Positions 12,326-25,484 of a DNA stretch of 64,000 nucleotides are shown piece by piece. The position numbers and the translations under genes were made by a program. Positions within the stretch are counted from its first letter, which is position 1, and the number at the start of each line of letters is the position of its first letter. The notes below the pieces were generated by a model that was given only the letters and a program-made list of their open reading frames with translations, was not told the origin of the DNA and ran no database searches. This DNA comes from Leucoraja erinacea. Lineage: Eukaryota. Location: contig NC_073384.1 of assembly GCF_028641065.1 (NCBI RefSeq), positions 72,168,001 to 72,232,000 of the forward strand. The letters are read 5' to 3'.

Positions 12326-12469
12326 AAATTGGTGTTTATCCATATTATAATAAAACCATGCTTCAATTATCCAATAATAGGTCCTATAGAAACAACCTTT
12401 TAAGATTTTTCATTGAATTACTGATCACTGTATTGACTGTTTCTCAGTAACAATAATGATTAGAATACT

Positions 12470-12656
12470 AGGTAGACAAAAATGCTGGAGAAACTCAGTG
12501 GGTGAGGCAGCATCTATGGAGCAAAGGAAATAGGCAACGTTTCGTGCCGAAACGTTGCCTATTTCCTTCGCTCCATAGATGCTGCCTCACCCGCTGAGTT
12601 TCTCCAGCATTTTTGTATCCCTGTGATTTTCCAGCATCTGCAGTTCCTTCTTAAAT
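12470..12656. mobile_element. Fold-back PLE derivative
   Basis: Arms meet at gtttcg-tgc-cgaaac (12539-12553); TSD atgatta(g/t)aatact. Confidence 0.85.
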
Positions 12657-12749
12657 ATGATTATAATACTTGTTGCTGGCTTCTCCAAGAATTACTTTCC
12701 AGGTCAAACAATAGCGATGCTGGGGTGAAACCATATTGAACACGCTGAC

Positions 12750-13003
12750 CATTGATCTTCCGTACACTAGTTCAATGCTATCCCCCCCTCTCGCATCCTA
12801 CATACTACGGGCAATTTACAGAAGTCAATGAACCTACAAACCTGTACGGCTTTGGAATGTGGGAGGAGGTGGGTGTGCCCGGTGGAAACCCATGCGGTCA
12901 CAGGGAGAAAATACAAACTCCGTACAGGCAGCACCCGTGGTCAGGATCAAACCCACGTCTCTGGCGCTGTGAGGCAGCAGCTCTGGCGCTCCGCCACTGT
13001 GCT
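12750..13003 (-). mobile_element. HE1-like V-SINE
   Basis: Similarity to the other copies (head cggagcgccagagctgctgcctcacagcgccagagac). Confidence 0.78.
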
Positions 13004-13469
13004 GTACGTAAATGCTTTTCTAACATTTGGTCGTAAGATTGCCATCAAAACCGAAACACATGGAATTAAAGGCAGTTCGGAATGGAAAATTAGCTAAATG
13101 ACAGGAAACAATATCTGTGAATCATTGTTCTACAGAACGAAGGGGACTTAAGCAGAGTGGTGATTTCCCTCGGATCAGTTACAGGACTACTTTTCTTCAC
13201 AAAATAGTAATGACTTGGCTGTATATGGCATAATTATAAAGTATTATAATTATAAGTATTGTGAACAGAATAATAACAAATCAAGAGGATATGCTGGGCA
13301 TTTGGCAAATAAAACAATGCAGAAAAATGCAAGGTGTTGCATTTTGGAGAGAGGCCAAGAAGAGGCAATAGGAGAAGGAAACGGAGAGGCATATAAATCA
13401 AGCATTGAGTACAGAAGCAAAGAACTCATGAACTAAACTGGTAAATCTACTCCACAATACTCCACTCCA

Positions 13470-13732
13470 GCTGCAACGCCAGAGTCCTGGGTTCAATTCT
13501 GACCCTGTTGCAGAGTCTGTGTGTTCTCTCTGTATCTCCTGCAACTCAATTTTTCTCCCTCATCCCAAAGCTGTGTAGGCTGGGAGACTGATTGGCTATT
13601 GTTAGTTACACTTCACATTTAGACGAAGAGTAGAATCGGGGAGTGTTGATGAAGAACGGGGAGAATAAAAATGGAAAATTGATGATCAGCATGGACCCTG
13701 TTTGCTGAAAGGCCTGATCCCGTACTATATCT
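13470..13732 (+). mobile_element. Older, diverged V-SINE
   Basis: cctgggttcaattctgacc head, decayed V-domain, gaaaggcctg tail. Confidence 0.55.
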
Positions 13733-14930
13733 CTCCAGGACTTTTGAGGGCAGAAGGCATTTCACAGAATCATTCAGGGACAAATCACTTCAGTTGTAGA
13801 GCAGGGAGGGAGATTGCAACCTTCACAAGGTCCCCCCTGTTTCGACTAATGCAATCAAACCGATGTGCACAAACAAGATCAAATAGAACAAGTTGATCTA
13901 CAACTTTAGGCTGTGCACGTTATATGCAAGAAGATGAAGAGGTTGCAAAGCAAAATAGAAAGAATTTTATTGGCTGTAAGCAGCAGAGCAGCAGAGCAAG
14001 GCAGTAGGTGGATTTGGTGGAGAAAAGAAATGCTGTCCGTTGGGGGGCAAAGAGTATGTGTATTTCTTTGTAATTGTAGTCTGTGCAAGTGTTGCCCGGT
14101 CTTATGCAAGGGATATTTGTGGTGTTACAAGCTTAATAATGGGCTAGGATTAGTGGAAAATAGGATGCAGGTGTTTAGCATATGTTAGAGTGAGCTAAGT
14201 GGCTGCAGCTTCCTTTATTGAGTAGATACTGGTAGCATAGGTGGTGAGAGCAGGTATTGAGGGCAAGTTGTTCTGGGATGCCAGAACCAACTGTTGAGCC
14301 TCCCTGAGGTGTCGTGTGCCTAATGCAACAAAATACCAATGATATACTTGCATCTACAGGAGTTGTCTTTTTTTTTAAAGAGAATTAATATGTAGGTAGC
14401 TGAGGTTTTTTTGCATATGGATTCATTTCATATGAATTGCACATTCATTGTAAGTTGGTGAATTTAGTTCGATAATACTTTGGCTTTGGGCTTGGTTTTT
14501 CTTAGTTGAGCGCTTATCCTGGAGTTATGGCCAAAAGCACTTTGTGTTTTAATTGTAATTTGGGGAATAAGGAAATGGTAGAAAAATTAAACCAATATTT
14601 TGTTAGTCTTCACAGTCAATGCAGGAAACCACACAAATTTAGAGAACTACCGGTCTAAATTGAATGAAGAGCTCAAAATAAGGGAGCATTTGTACAAAAT
14701 CAGTATTGGAGAATTTAATGGGATTTAAAGCCATTAAAGCCCCAGGACTTGATGACTTAAACACAGGGCTTGTCGAGACAGCGGATGCACCAGTTCTCAT
14801 CTTCCAATAGATTAAATAAAGAATGGCACCTACAGATTGCAAGATCGTAAATGTAACCTCACTAGTTCAGAAAAGAGTGAACTATGGACCTGAAATCAAG
14901 ACATTAGGCAAATACACTGGAAGAGGATTG

Positions 14931-15678
14931 TTTAGTTTGGTTTAGATTAGAGATTCAGCACAGAAACAGGCCCTTCAGCCCATCAAGTCCACACCAACCA
15001 ACAATCCCCGCACATTAACACTATCCCTACACACTAAGAACAATTTTTACATTTTACACCAGCTCCTGATGTGTAGAGAATAGAGAATGCATTGATATGT
15101 TGTACTCTGCACTTGAAAGCAATGAGCACCAGGGAAAAGTCTTATGTTTCAACATGCCTTGTAAAAAGAGTTTTTAAAAGGAAGATCAACAATTGCCGCA
15201 TTAGATATCTCCCAGCCTTCTGAATTGTATCAAACATGTAGGACATATTAAAAGTATTCCTGGTGCTGAAAATCTGAAAAGCAGAAAATGGTAGAAAAAC
15301 TCAATGGGTCAGGTCATGGAGAAGGTTACCTAATGGTCTGCTCGTGGATTATGTAGCATTGTACTCCACAAATGCCCCACTGTGGGTTTCCAGCAGTTTC
15401 CTTGTTGCAATAATTCACTTGCAAGGTAAGTATTTAAAAAAAAGGCCTTTACAAGCTCTCATGTTTCTATTTCTACCAAGATACCTTTATACCAAGCCAA
15501 TCAGCCTACAAACCTGTACGTCTTTGGAGTTTAGGTGTAACCAAAGACCTCTGAGAAAACCCACGCAGGTCACGTGGAGAAGGTACACACTCTATACAGA
15601 CAAACACCCGTAGTCAGGATCGAACCTGGGTCTTTGGCGCTGTAAGGCAGTAGCTCTACTGCTACACCACCGTGCCGC
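14931..15678 (-). mobile_element. HE1-like V-SINE in two pieces (14931-15060 and ~15485-15678)
   Basis: Tail and head halves are colinear with the other copies and separated by ~420 bp of other sequence. Confidence 0.75.
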
Positions 15679-16639
15679 TGAGTTGCACTAGTTGTAATGA
15701 ATATATTTGTGGTTCTTCTGGAAATGGAACAGGATCTACCTAATCCTACTAATGTTAAGCAAACATTACTACCACTCATGTAGCTTGCAAAATACTCATA
15801 AATTTGGTGATTCTGTTCGGATTCAAGTCATTTTTGATCAAGTCAGGCTAGTAAATAATACTTCATGTGGGAAGGGAAGAATTACAGGTCATCGGAATTT
15901 CCTTAGTGCTTGCTTTTCTGGGATTTCCTCAAATGTCATGTATTTCAAACACAAGTAAGGTTCTCATAGAACCTGTCCCTTGTTCTTCCTCCAAGCATGT
16001 TCTGAACCACATTAAACTAAGTAAGCACGGACAGGTTCAACTGCAGAAAGCTTTACTTGTTCCTTGTCACCTCTGACTTGGCACATTGTAAACATCATTA
16101 GTGGGATGTACAAGGCTCTTAAATCGTGAAAAAGCTTTCTATTGAGATTCATTGCCTAACTACTTTTATTTCTCCAAATTCCTTGAACTACCTCCAAGAT
16201 TTTTAGATCCAAGCTAAATTCCTGTCAACAGCAAGGTGGATTGAAATATTTATCACCAGAATACTGGCAGAATAGTTGAATTGAAAAAGCTACCGACAAA
16301 ATATAACACTTCCAGTTTATCACTTTCTGTATCCACCAAATCCACACCGATCTTTGGACTACAAATAAAGTGAATTTTACAGCAGAGTGTATAAAACAAG
16401 TCATGTTTGCAAAGCTCCAAATGTCAATCGTGACAAAGAATAAATTAATTGTAAAGGTTAACACAGACAGAACAAACAGCAACACATTATAGTAACAGGC
16501 CCTTTGGCCCACAATGTCCCTGCCCAACATGTTGCCAAGTAAAACTAATCTTCTGTGCCTGTACATGATCCATATCCCCACCCCAACCTCCACAATTTCC
16601 GACATATTTATGTGCCTATCTAAAAACCTCTTAAATGCC

Positions 16640-18329
16640 TCTATAACACAATAGTTATGTTCCTAAGAAACCGTGTGTTGTAAAAAAATCATGTTATAAA
16701 TATGTCAATGGGGAAAGGGGGTTCGGGCTCAGTGTTTCAGAATCGCAATTACAAGATTATTTTTATGCATGATTAAAAAAAAACGTTTTTTTCAATAGCA
16801 ATAAGTTTATTTATGTTCCTGCAATCTAAAAATACTAAAAAAGGCTGCATGTTACATTATTTAATAAGGTATTGTTGCACAAATGTCAATAGACAAGTTG
16901 TGTACATGGATTTCAGTAAGGCATTCGATAAGGTGCCACATGGTAGGCTGCTCTGGAAGGTTAGATCGCATGGGATCCAAGGAGAGATAGCTGAATGGAC
17001 AGCACATTGGCTTCATGGAAGGAAGCAGAGGGTGATGGTGGAAGGTTGCTTCTCGTACTGGAGGTCTGTGACTAGTGGTGTGCCTCAGGATTCGGTGCTG
17101 GGCCCGTTACTGTTTGTCATCTACATCAATGATTTGGATGAGAACATACAGGGCAAGATTAGCAAGTTTGCTGATGATACAAAAGTGAGTAGTTTTGCAG
17201 GTAATGAAGATGGTTATGAAAGATTGCAGCAGGATCTGGATCGATTGGCCAGGTGGGCTGAGGAATGGTTGATGGAGTTTAATACAGAGAAGTGTGAGGT
17301 GTTGCATTTTGGGAAGTCTAACATGGGTAGGAATGGTAGGCCTCTGGGGAGTGTTGTAGATCAGAGGGATCTAGGAGTACAAGTGTTCTTTGAAGGTCGA
17401 GTCGCAGGTAGATAAGGTGGTGATAACGGCTTTTGGCACACTGGCCTTCATCAGTCAGAGTATTGAGTTTAGAAGTTGGGAGGCCATGTTGCAGTTGTAT
17501 AAGAAGTTGGTGAGGCCGCATTTAGAGTATTGTGTTTAGTTCTGGGCATCATATTATAGGAAAGACACTGTCAAGCTTGAAAGGGTTCAGAAAAGATTTA
17601 TGAAGATGTTGCCAGGACTAGAGGGTGTGAGCGACAGGGAGAGGTTGAGTAGGCTGGGTCTCTATTCCTTGGAGCGCAGGAGGAGGAGGGGCAATCTTAT
17701 AATCAAAATCATGAGAAGAATAGATCGGGTAGATGAATAGAATCTTTTACCCAGAGTAGGGGAATCAAGGACCAGAGGTGAAGGGGGAAATATTTAATAG
17801 GAATCTGAGGGGTAACTTTTTCACACAAATGGTGGTGGGTGTATGGAACAAGCTGCTAAAGGAGGTAGTTGAGTCTGGGACTATCCCATCGTTTAAGAAA
17901 CAGTTAGACAGGTACATGGATAGGACAGGTTTAAAGGGATATGGGCCAAGTGCAGGCAAGTGGGACTAGTGTAGCTGGGACATTGTTGGTCAGTGTGGGC
18001 AGGTTGGGCCGAAGGGCCTGTTTATGACATGACTGCTTGTCAATTTCAATGACAAATCTGCAGTTAAAGTTGCAGCTGTGTTCTTAAGATGTCTGATTAC
18101 TGCAGGGAGGTTACATGGAAACAGGTTTTTCTACCCATACTGTCTAAATACAAGAGCTTTTTTTTGTGCTTTTCGATCTCAAAGTAACTCTAATTGGTTC
18201 TCTAGTTTCTGATCAAAATCGCACTGTAAACAAACCGGCCTGGAACAAATCGAATGCAAATAATTCATCACTCATATTATAACCAATTCATGTTACGGAA
18301 ACACATGCTATTACAGAATTACCTGTAGT
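16640..18329. mobile_element. Possible Tigger-like remnant split by the CR1 insertion
   Basis: Right end ...attacagaattacctg|TA; left part ctctataacacaatagttatgttcc resembles Tigger subtermini. Confidence 0.3.
16885..18025 (+). mobile_element. CR1 (HER1-like) LINE, 5'-truncated, RT domain to 3'UTR
   Basis: VVYMDFSKAFDKVPHGRL...[22 protein letters not shown]...KFADDTK; 3' end gggccgaagggcctgttt shared with the SINE tails. Confidence 0.93.
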
Positions 18330-18614
18330 ACATACTAGGCGAACACTTCAGTTCAAGAGAACAACAAACGATGTTGGAGTTATTTCATTTTGGACAAGAC
18401 ATTGAACTGCTGGATCTAAAAGATTACGTAGCACCATTTGAAAAATGGCAATGCATTTTTTTCTTTGTTCGCAAGTAAAGAATTTAGATGGTCCCTTATC
18501 TGCTTTTCATTCATTTGTGATGTACAAATAAGATGGCATATTTACCACCATATCAAGAATAAGCGCATCCAAAGTATGGTATTCATATTATTCTTTATAG
18601 AATGTTTATGTTTC

Positions 18615-18908
18615 TATTTAGAGATACCGAGCAGAAACAGGTTCTTCAGCCCACCGAGTCCGCACCGACCAATGATCCCACACACTAACACTATCCTACA
18701 CACACCAGGAATAGTTTTACATTTATTCCAAGCCAATTAACCTACAAAACCTGTACGTCTTTGCAGCGTGGGAGGTAACAAAAGATCTCGGAGAAAACCC
18801 ACGCAGGTCACGGAGGGAACGTAAAAACTCCATACAGACAAGCATCTGTAGTCGGGATCAAACCCGGATCTCTGGCTCTGTAAGGCAGTAGCTCTACTGT
18901 GCCACCCT
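18615..18908 (-). mobile_element. HE1-like V-SINE
   Basis: Similarity to the other copies. Confidence 0.85.
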
Positions 18909-19832
18909 AATCTTTAAAAGTACAGGAGAATTATGCATTCAAAATGTAGGTGGTTGGACCAATAATCCATAAAGACAAGTACAAATCCCACAATGGCGGC
19001 TGGGGAATTTAAAATCAGTAAATTAAATACATTCACTCAATTAAATAAATGAATTCTGTTTTGGTGATGGTGACTCCCTAATCGATTGGAACTCTGAGCT
19101 GGTTCATCAATCTCCTTTAGGAAAGGTAATCTGGTCGGACCTATGTTTTGCTTCAACGTCACTGTAAAAAGCAATAATAACAAAACCAGGGAATCACCCA
19201 GCACCAACCTTAGCAATGAATATGACAAAGACAAATGCAGCTCTGTCATCCCATGAATCGTCCTTAATGACATCAATGTAAGGAATATGCCAAAACTGGG
19301 AGCACTGACCCATGGGCTAGCCAAGCATCAATCTGACATCATCATTTTCAATCACAGCTTCCAGCTCATAACTCACGCTCCTTAGTCAGTATCCCGGGAA
19401 CAATTCATTCAATGGGCAGAACAGGTCCAACAGGATGGAGTGATCCAAAGACTCTGCAACATTGACATGAGATGCTATACGTCCTGGCATCAGGTCACAA
19501 GTGATTATCAGCCATTGGCTTCTTCAACTGATGTATGAGTAATTCCTACTTGATGAATAAATGAGCTTATAGGGTAGAGAAGCCCCAGAAAGCACCTTCA
19601 GTGAGGATTTCAATGTCCATCACAATGTCGCTTTTTACCAGGAATTGATGTGGGTGTGTCGAGCAGTTGCATCTCCTCATGACAGGGAAAAATTTGACTT
19701 AAACAAATGCGCAATGAGTTGAACGGCCAACATAGAGACCTTATGGAGATCTAGAATCTCTCCGTCGTGCTGTGCAGCATGGAATAGATTCTACATGGAA
19801 TCAGCAGCTGGCAGTCAAGATTTATGTTTAGT

Positions 19833-19929
19833 TGGTCTGAAGAAGGGTTTCGACCCGAAACGTCACCCATTCCTTCTCTCCAGAGATGCTGCCTGTCCCG
19901 CTGAGTAACTCCAGCATTTTGTGTCTATC
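19833..19929 (+). mobile_element. 97-bp PLE-derived insertion (hammerhead plus tail)
   Basis: 11-bp TSD ttatgtttagt (19822-19832, 19930-19940). Confidence 0.82.
19834..19867 (+). ncRNA. Minimal type I hammerhead ribozyme motif (PLE-associated)
   Basis: ggt-CTGAAGA-a-gggt(ttcg)accc-GAAA-cg-TC|acc: helix I ggt/acc, helix II with UUCG loop, palindromic ACGU in place of helix III, GUC cleavage triplet. Activity not shown. Confidence 0.8.
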
Positions 19930-20511
19930 TTATGTTTAGTAATGTTGATTTCCCTAAATATGACTACATTTATGTCTACTTCTAATAAAATAAATTAAAA
20001 AAAATAAAATAAAAATATAAAAAATAAATACATTTACTACTCTTCAGCAGGAACATTAAGTGGTTTGAGATTAGCCACATATATCAAACAAATATTAAGG
20101 TTGAATGTATAAGTAGATCACTTGTAAGTTGAGGAAGCAGATCTTTACAGAAAGAGAAATTTACTCGCAAAGGGGTTCGGAATAATCATTCATTACTACA
20201 GCTTAATGATTGCAAAAAACTCACATATCTGTGAAATTCTGGATTTGATTGAGAGTATTTTTTTTAAACAATGATCATCAAACGTCAGATTTTCCAACAG
20301 TAAGATTAGCCAGGATTGTAAAGGATGCCTCCTTTTTCAAATCGATAGAACAAAAACCATTAAAACACAGTAGGTTGCATTTGCAGTACCCCAGCCAATA
20401 TTTGTCTTCAAGCAACAGTGAATATGCATCATCCAATCTTGGTGGGAACCTAATGTGCAAATTCTTTGACAATGCCTCAGAAAGTAATTGAGCTGGAGGC
20501 ATTTTTTTTTG

Positions 20512-21373
20512 TTTTTTTAGTTTAGAGAAATAGGTCCCTCGGTCCACTGAATCCACACTGAACAGCAGCCCCCGCACATTATCAGTGGGCGGCGTACAAC
20601 GTGGAACTCGCGGTCCCTGGTCTCATCTTTTTCCTTCTTTGTGTTTTTAGTTTGTTGTAAAATATATGTTTTAGTTTATCTTTCGTTTTTTTTTGTGGGG
20701 GGGTGGGGAAACTTTTTTTAATCTCTTTCCTCGACGGAGATGCTACGTTTTACGTGTCGGATCTCCGTCCCCACTGCGGCCTAACATCGTGGAGCTGGGA
20801 CCTTGGGAGCTCCAACTGTGGGAGCTTGCGGACTTAACACCGTGGAGCTGGCAGTCCCTGGTTAGCAACTGACTTCGGAAGCTCCAAGCACAGGGAGCTT
20901 CGATCGCCCCGACGTGGGGGCTTCTCGTCGGCTGCGGGAGCTTCAATCGTCCTGACTGCGGATGGTTCAACTCCCCTGACTGCGGGAGAAGAGGAGGAAA
21001 GAAGACAAGACTTTATTGCCTTCCATCACAGTGAGGAATGTGGAGGAGCCGCTGTGATGGATGTTTATGTTAAATGTTTACGTAGTTGTGTGCCTTGTTG
21101 CATTATTGGTATGACTGTACGGCAAATCAAATTCTTTGTATGTTGCAAAACATACTACGATTAACACAATCCCACACACACGCGGGACAATTTACATTTA
21201 TACCATGTCAATTAACCTACAAATCTGTACGTCTTTGGAGTGTGGGAGAAAAGCAACGTGGTCACAGGTAGAAAATACAAATTCTCTACAGACAAGCACC
21301 TGTAGTTGGGATCGAACCCGGGTCTCCGACGCTGTAAGGCAGCAATTCTACCGCTGCGCCACAGTGCCACCCT
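20512..21373 (-). mobile_element. HE1-like V-SINE interrupted by an unclassified ~575-bp CpG-rich repeat (20583-21158)
   Basis: SINE tail to ccccgcacatta, resuming at attaacacaatccc; the insert has internal ggagct repeats and a Rex1-like tail. Confidence 0.7.
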
Positions 21374-21777
21374 GACCTGAATAAATGGATAGCCCTTAAA
21401 TCATTCACATCTTATGCTTTTCCACCCAAGCACCATCCTTTGAACAGTATTTAAATCTAAGTATTCAGGTGGAGCTCATGTTCCTGGTTTATCTTTGAAG
21501 GCATACACAAACTATCATGCATTTTACCTTTACCGTCAAAAAGCTTTCTGGAGTTCAGAGAAAGATAATCCCAAGTTCTACAACAACTAACAGCTCAGAT
21601 ATCCCACTCAAACATGCGCCACATCCCAGTGTTCCATTCGTTATGATTATCTGACCAAAATTAGATGCTACTGTTGATAAGACATCTGTAAACATTTTCC
21701 ATTCTCCTATGATTAGTGCGTTATCTATCTGAATTTATATTAAAATCGAGAGAGCTTATTCGAGAGTTGTTGTGCAG

Positions 21778-22086
21778 TGTGTGGACATTGGCGCAGTGGT
21801 AGAGTTGCTGCCTTACAGCGCCAGAGACCTGGCTTTTCGATCCTGACAGACTGCTGTCTGTACAGAGTTTGTACGTTCTCCCTGTGACCACGTGGTTTTT
21901 CACCGGGTACTCCCCAGTTTCCTCCCACACTCCAAAGCCGTGCGGGTTAGTAGGTTAATTGGCTTTGGTAAAACTGTAAATTGTCCCTAGTGTGTAGGAT
22001 AGTGTTACTGTGTGGGGTGAATGTTGAATAGCGTGGACTTGATGGGCTGAAGGGCCTGTTTCAACCCTGCATCTCTAAGGTCTAAA
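21778..22086 (+). mobile_element. HE1-like V-SINE
   Basis: A-box tggcgcagtggtag, V-domain, CR1-like tail. Confidence 0.87.
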
Positions 22087-22456
22087 GTGTGGTTTTGTGA
22101 CATTCTGATAAAATAATGAAACACCTTATGAATAAATAAAAGTTCTTGATTTTTGTGGTGACCTTAAGGTACTAGTGAACACATATAAAATATGAACACA
22201 TCCAACAAACTTTTTCAAATATTGCACATCCATTATGCAATCTCAGTCATTATTTGTTAACACAATTACTGCATTGATATAATGCCAATATGAGTTACAA
22301 TATGGATTGTATATTCTGATGGTTTCATTCCAATATTGAATCACCTTTGCTGATTCAATGTCTCTAACATTATAAAAAGTAAACCAGACAGAAAAGGTAC
22401 GTGAGGTAACACAAAGATAAGTTAGGAAATTGTATGCTTCATTAAAACATATTTAT

Positions 22457-22812
22457 TAGGAACAGCATCTCATATTTCGCTTGGCCAGATTACAACCCAG
22501 TGGTATAATTATTGATTTCTCTAACTTTAATTAACCCTTGCATCCCATCTCTCTCCATCCCTCTCCCATCCAAGTCGTATCAGCTTCAAAGTCATCTTGT
22601 TGAGTCTCATTGTCTGTAACTCGTTCTCACCCAGCACACAGCTACCAATGGCCTGTTTCCTTTATCATCGTTACTTTCTTTTCATTCATTTGTTCCATAT
22701 CTCTCTACATCATCGTCTATGTCTCTCATTTCCCTTTCCCCTGTCTCTCAGTCTGAAGAAGGGTCTCAACCCGAAACTTCAACTATTCCTTTTCTCCAGA
22801 GATGCTGTCCGA
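22457..22812 (+). mobile_element. PLE 3' fragment (GIY-YIG end, pyrimidine-rich UTR, hammerhead motif)
   Basis: EQHLIFRL...PSG; gtCTGAAGAagggtctcaacccGAAAc at 22751-22777. Confidence 0.78.
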
Positions 22813-24418
22813 CTGGAAAACAGGCATGGGGAGGTTTGTATTGTAATTCAAAGGGTGTCCAGTAAATGACAGAAGAAGAAAAAACGCTAACAATTAAAGG
22901 TCCCCACCCAAAGTGCTGTCCATTCATTCTCTCTATAGAAGCTGCCTGACCCGCTGAAATCCTCCAGTGTTTTGTGTTTTGCCCAACAATTCATTAACTA
23001 ACAGGCTTCACATTATTATAATTTAAAGAACAAAAACTTCAATCAGAACATTTTAAATTCCACTTCCTGCACTCATGCCGGACAGCTTCCATTTATTAGA
23101 GCGTTTCTACAAGAAAGATTCTCCATTATAGGTGTAATAAATATATACCTATTTAATGTTAAATAAAAATTAGAAGACCGAGTAAATGTGCTTTCAGACA
23201 AAAAGATAGTATTGAACTAGGTATGTTGCAAAACCTACCTTAAGCGTCGCTGCAGATTTGTCCAAGCCCGTGTGCGTGATTTTGGCGCCGTTGAGAGGGG
23301 GGCGGGTTTAAAACGCGATTTTCCCTAGGCTATTCAAATCGAGCTTGTTCAGCCTACTTAGTTGCTGACGAAAAATCGTTGGGAGATTCTTTCGCTGGAG
23401 CTATTTTTAAATTTAATTGGTTAATTTAATTGTTATAGTAGGTTAAAAATTATCCTCTAAACCCGCAACCGCCGACAACGGGTCGGATCTCATACAGGGG
23501 ACAACGGAAGGTAGGTTGTTTATTTTTACATTAAAAAGGGCTTCTTAAGATCCCTTTATACAAAGTTTTATGTTGCGAGTAGCCCCATTAAAATCCCGCA
23601 GTATTTTTCTGGGCATTTGGGGTACAAATTCACCGCAATGGAAACGTTTTCAACCAGCGCGTTCCACAGAGTTCCACAGGATCCTACTCAAAAGCTGATT
23701 TAAATGGCCATTAATTTACAACAATTGAACACTAAATTCCTTCCATTTGGCCTATAAATTAATGTAAATGAGATTTAAAAATCATGTTTAATTGTGAATT
23801 CTTTGTGAATGTTATTTGGACACAGGCTATTTAAAAATGTTAATCTTTTCTTAAGAAATGGATAGATATTTAGATCTAGTAATTGAAGTTTGAAATTAGC
23901 TACAATTGGGTAACTAACTAATTATATGCTTTATGCTTTAATTTCAGGTCATCCAAATAAGATTGTTTCATATTTGTTTCAGAATGCTTCAAACTACAAT
24001 AACTGAAAATTTCTTTCAGTTCTCTTAATTTTTAAGAAAGTTATGGCCATTTCACTGTCCTCGATCACAGCTTTTGTGTTAAGTCAATGGAAAATCAATA
24101 GGGAACAAGATGCTAATTTCCGAGTATGAAAATGGCCATAACTTTTTTAATACTGAAGATATGAAAGTGAATTAGGTGTCAAATTAAACTTATTTTTGTG
24201 CTTTATCTGATGGGATAAATTGCAGACTTGATTTTTTAAATCTCAAAATGTTGTAACATTGCTAATTGAACTTCAATGGATGGGCTGTTGACTTCTATCG
24301 ACTACATGGCATTATGGGCAATGGACACAAAATGCATTGTGAAAGGTCTCGACCCGAAACGCCACCTTCTCTCCAGAGATGCGGTCTAACCCACTGAGTT
24401 ACTCCAGCTTTTTGTGTC
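22813..24418 (+). repeat. Copy 1 of a local duplication (copy 2 at 45359-46919)
   Basis: Colinear blocks ggaaaacaggcatggggaggtttg..., ttaaattccacttcctgca...gtattgaact and tcaatggatgggctgttgac... occur in both places. Confidence 0.85.
23219..24264. mobile_element. ~1.05-kb non-autonomous hAT-like DNA transposon
   Basis: 8-bp TSD attgaact (23211-23218, 24265-24272); imperfect TIRs; the paralogous empty site is at 46550-46557. Confidence 0.82.
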
Positions 24419-25123
24419 AACCAGCAGCAGTTGCTTTCTACAGATATTTTTATCAGTTTGGTTATAGGTTAAATTATCAGAAATATATGCAAAATATAAA
24501 GCACATCTAGTGCAGGAACTTACTGATTTTTAACATGAAGAGCATGGGATTTAAATCAGTCGAATACCAGTACCTCATACAGGAAATAAATTGTACTGTT
24601 ATGAATTCAAAAGCACATTTGATCTTCCTTTGGATAAGTAAATGCCCAATGCTACTCAATTATTTAAGACGGGTGAAAGAGATAAACTATAAAATTGTAG
24701 ACTTAATAGTTTAATGCTTCTTAATTTTCATTAGCCATTGTTAACCCTCACACACAGACATAATGAAATTCACATTATTAGATGTTCATGCTGCAATTTT
24801 TTTAATTGAGCCTCCGTTTCAGTATCGACTATCTCCACAATTTGATTACATACATAAAGTCAACAATTGTGGATCGCATTTTTAAATGCCATTATAGTTG
24901 TTTGAATTTTAAACACAGTGATACACGTGGGATATGTTTTTCATTTTGTGTTATTCTAATATCTACACTTTACTATAACTGCTTTTTAATCTTCATCCAG
25001 GGAATTTTCTTACATGTTCCTGCTAGGGGTGATGACTATGCAAAACGCTCTGGTTATTATCCATCTGCAGAACTGTATTCAGTTCTAGACAATGCTTCTC
25101 TGGCAGGACACGTAACCTATTAT

Positions 25124-25296
25124 AGGCACAAAATGCTGGAGTAACTCAGTGGAACAGGCAGCATCTCTGGAGAGAAAGAATGGATGACGTTTCGGGTCGA
25201 GACCCTTCTTCACATAACCGATTGCCGACGTCACCTATTCCTTCGCTCAATAGATGCTGCCTCACCCGCTGAGTTTCTCCAGCATTTTTGTCTACC
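25124..25296. mobile_element. Inverted PLE derivative made of two subfamily tails
   Basis: Minus-strand tail with truncated hammerhead, then plus-strand tail; flanking acctat repeats. Confidence 0.65.
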
Positions 25297-25484
25297 ACCT
25301 ATCCTGACTGGTTATGTCGAGGCTACATCCACAATTGAGCCTTTTTTTTCAGTAATTCCAATGCAAAGGAATGCAAGAAGTGGCAGAGAATAGTGGACTG
25401 AGCCTGGTCCAACTTAAGCTTAGCCCGCACCTCCATCTAAAGCATCGACATGAAGTACTGCCTCAAAATGGTGTAATCGGGGCC

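Noticed and set aside
18960-19800. Traces of an old shark-type SINE/LINE (also ~31360-31700 and ~41330-41800)
   Set aside because: Too decayed to assign family or boundaries by eye.
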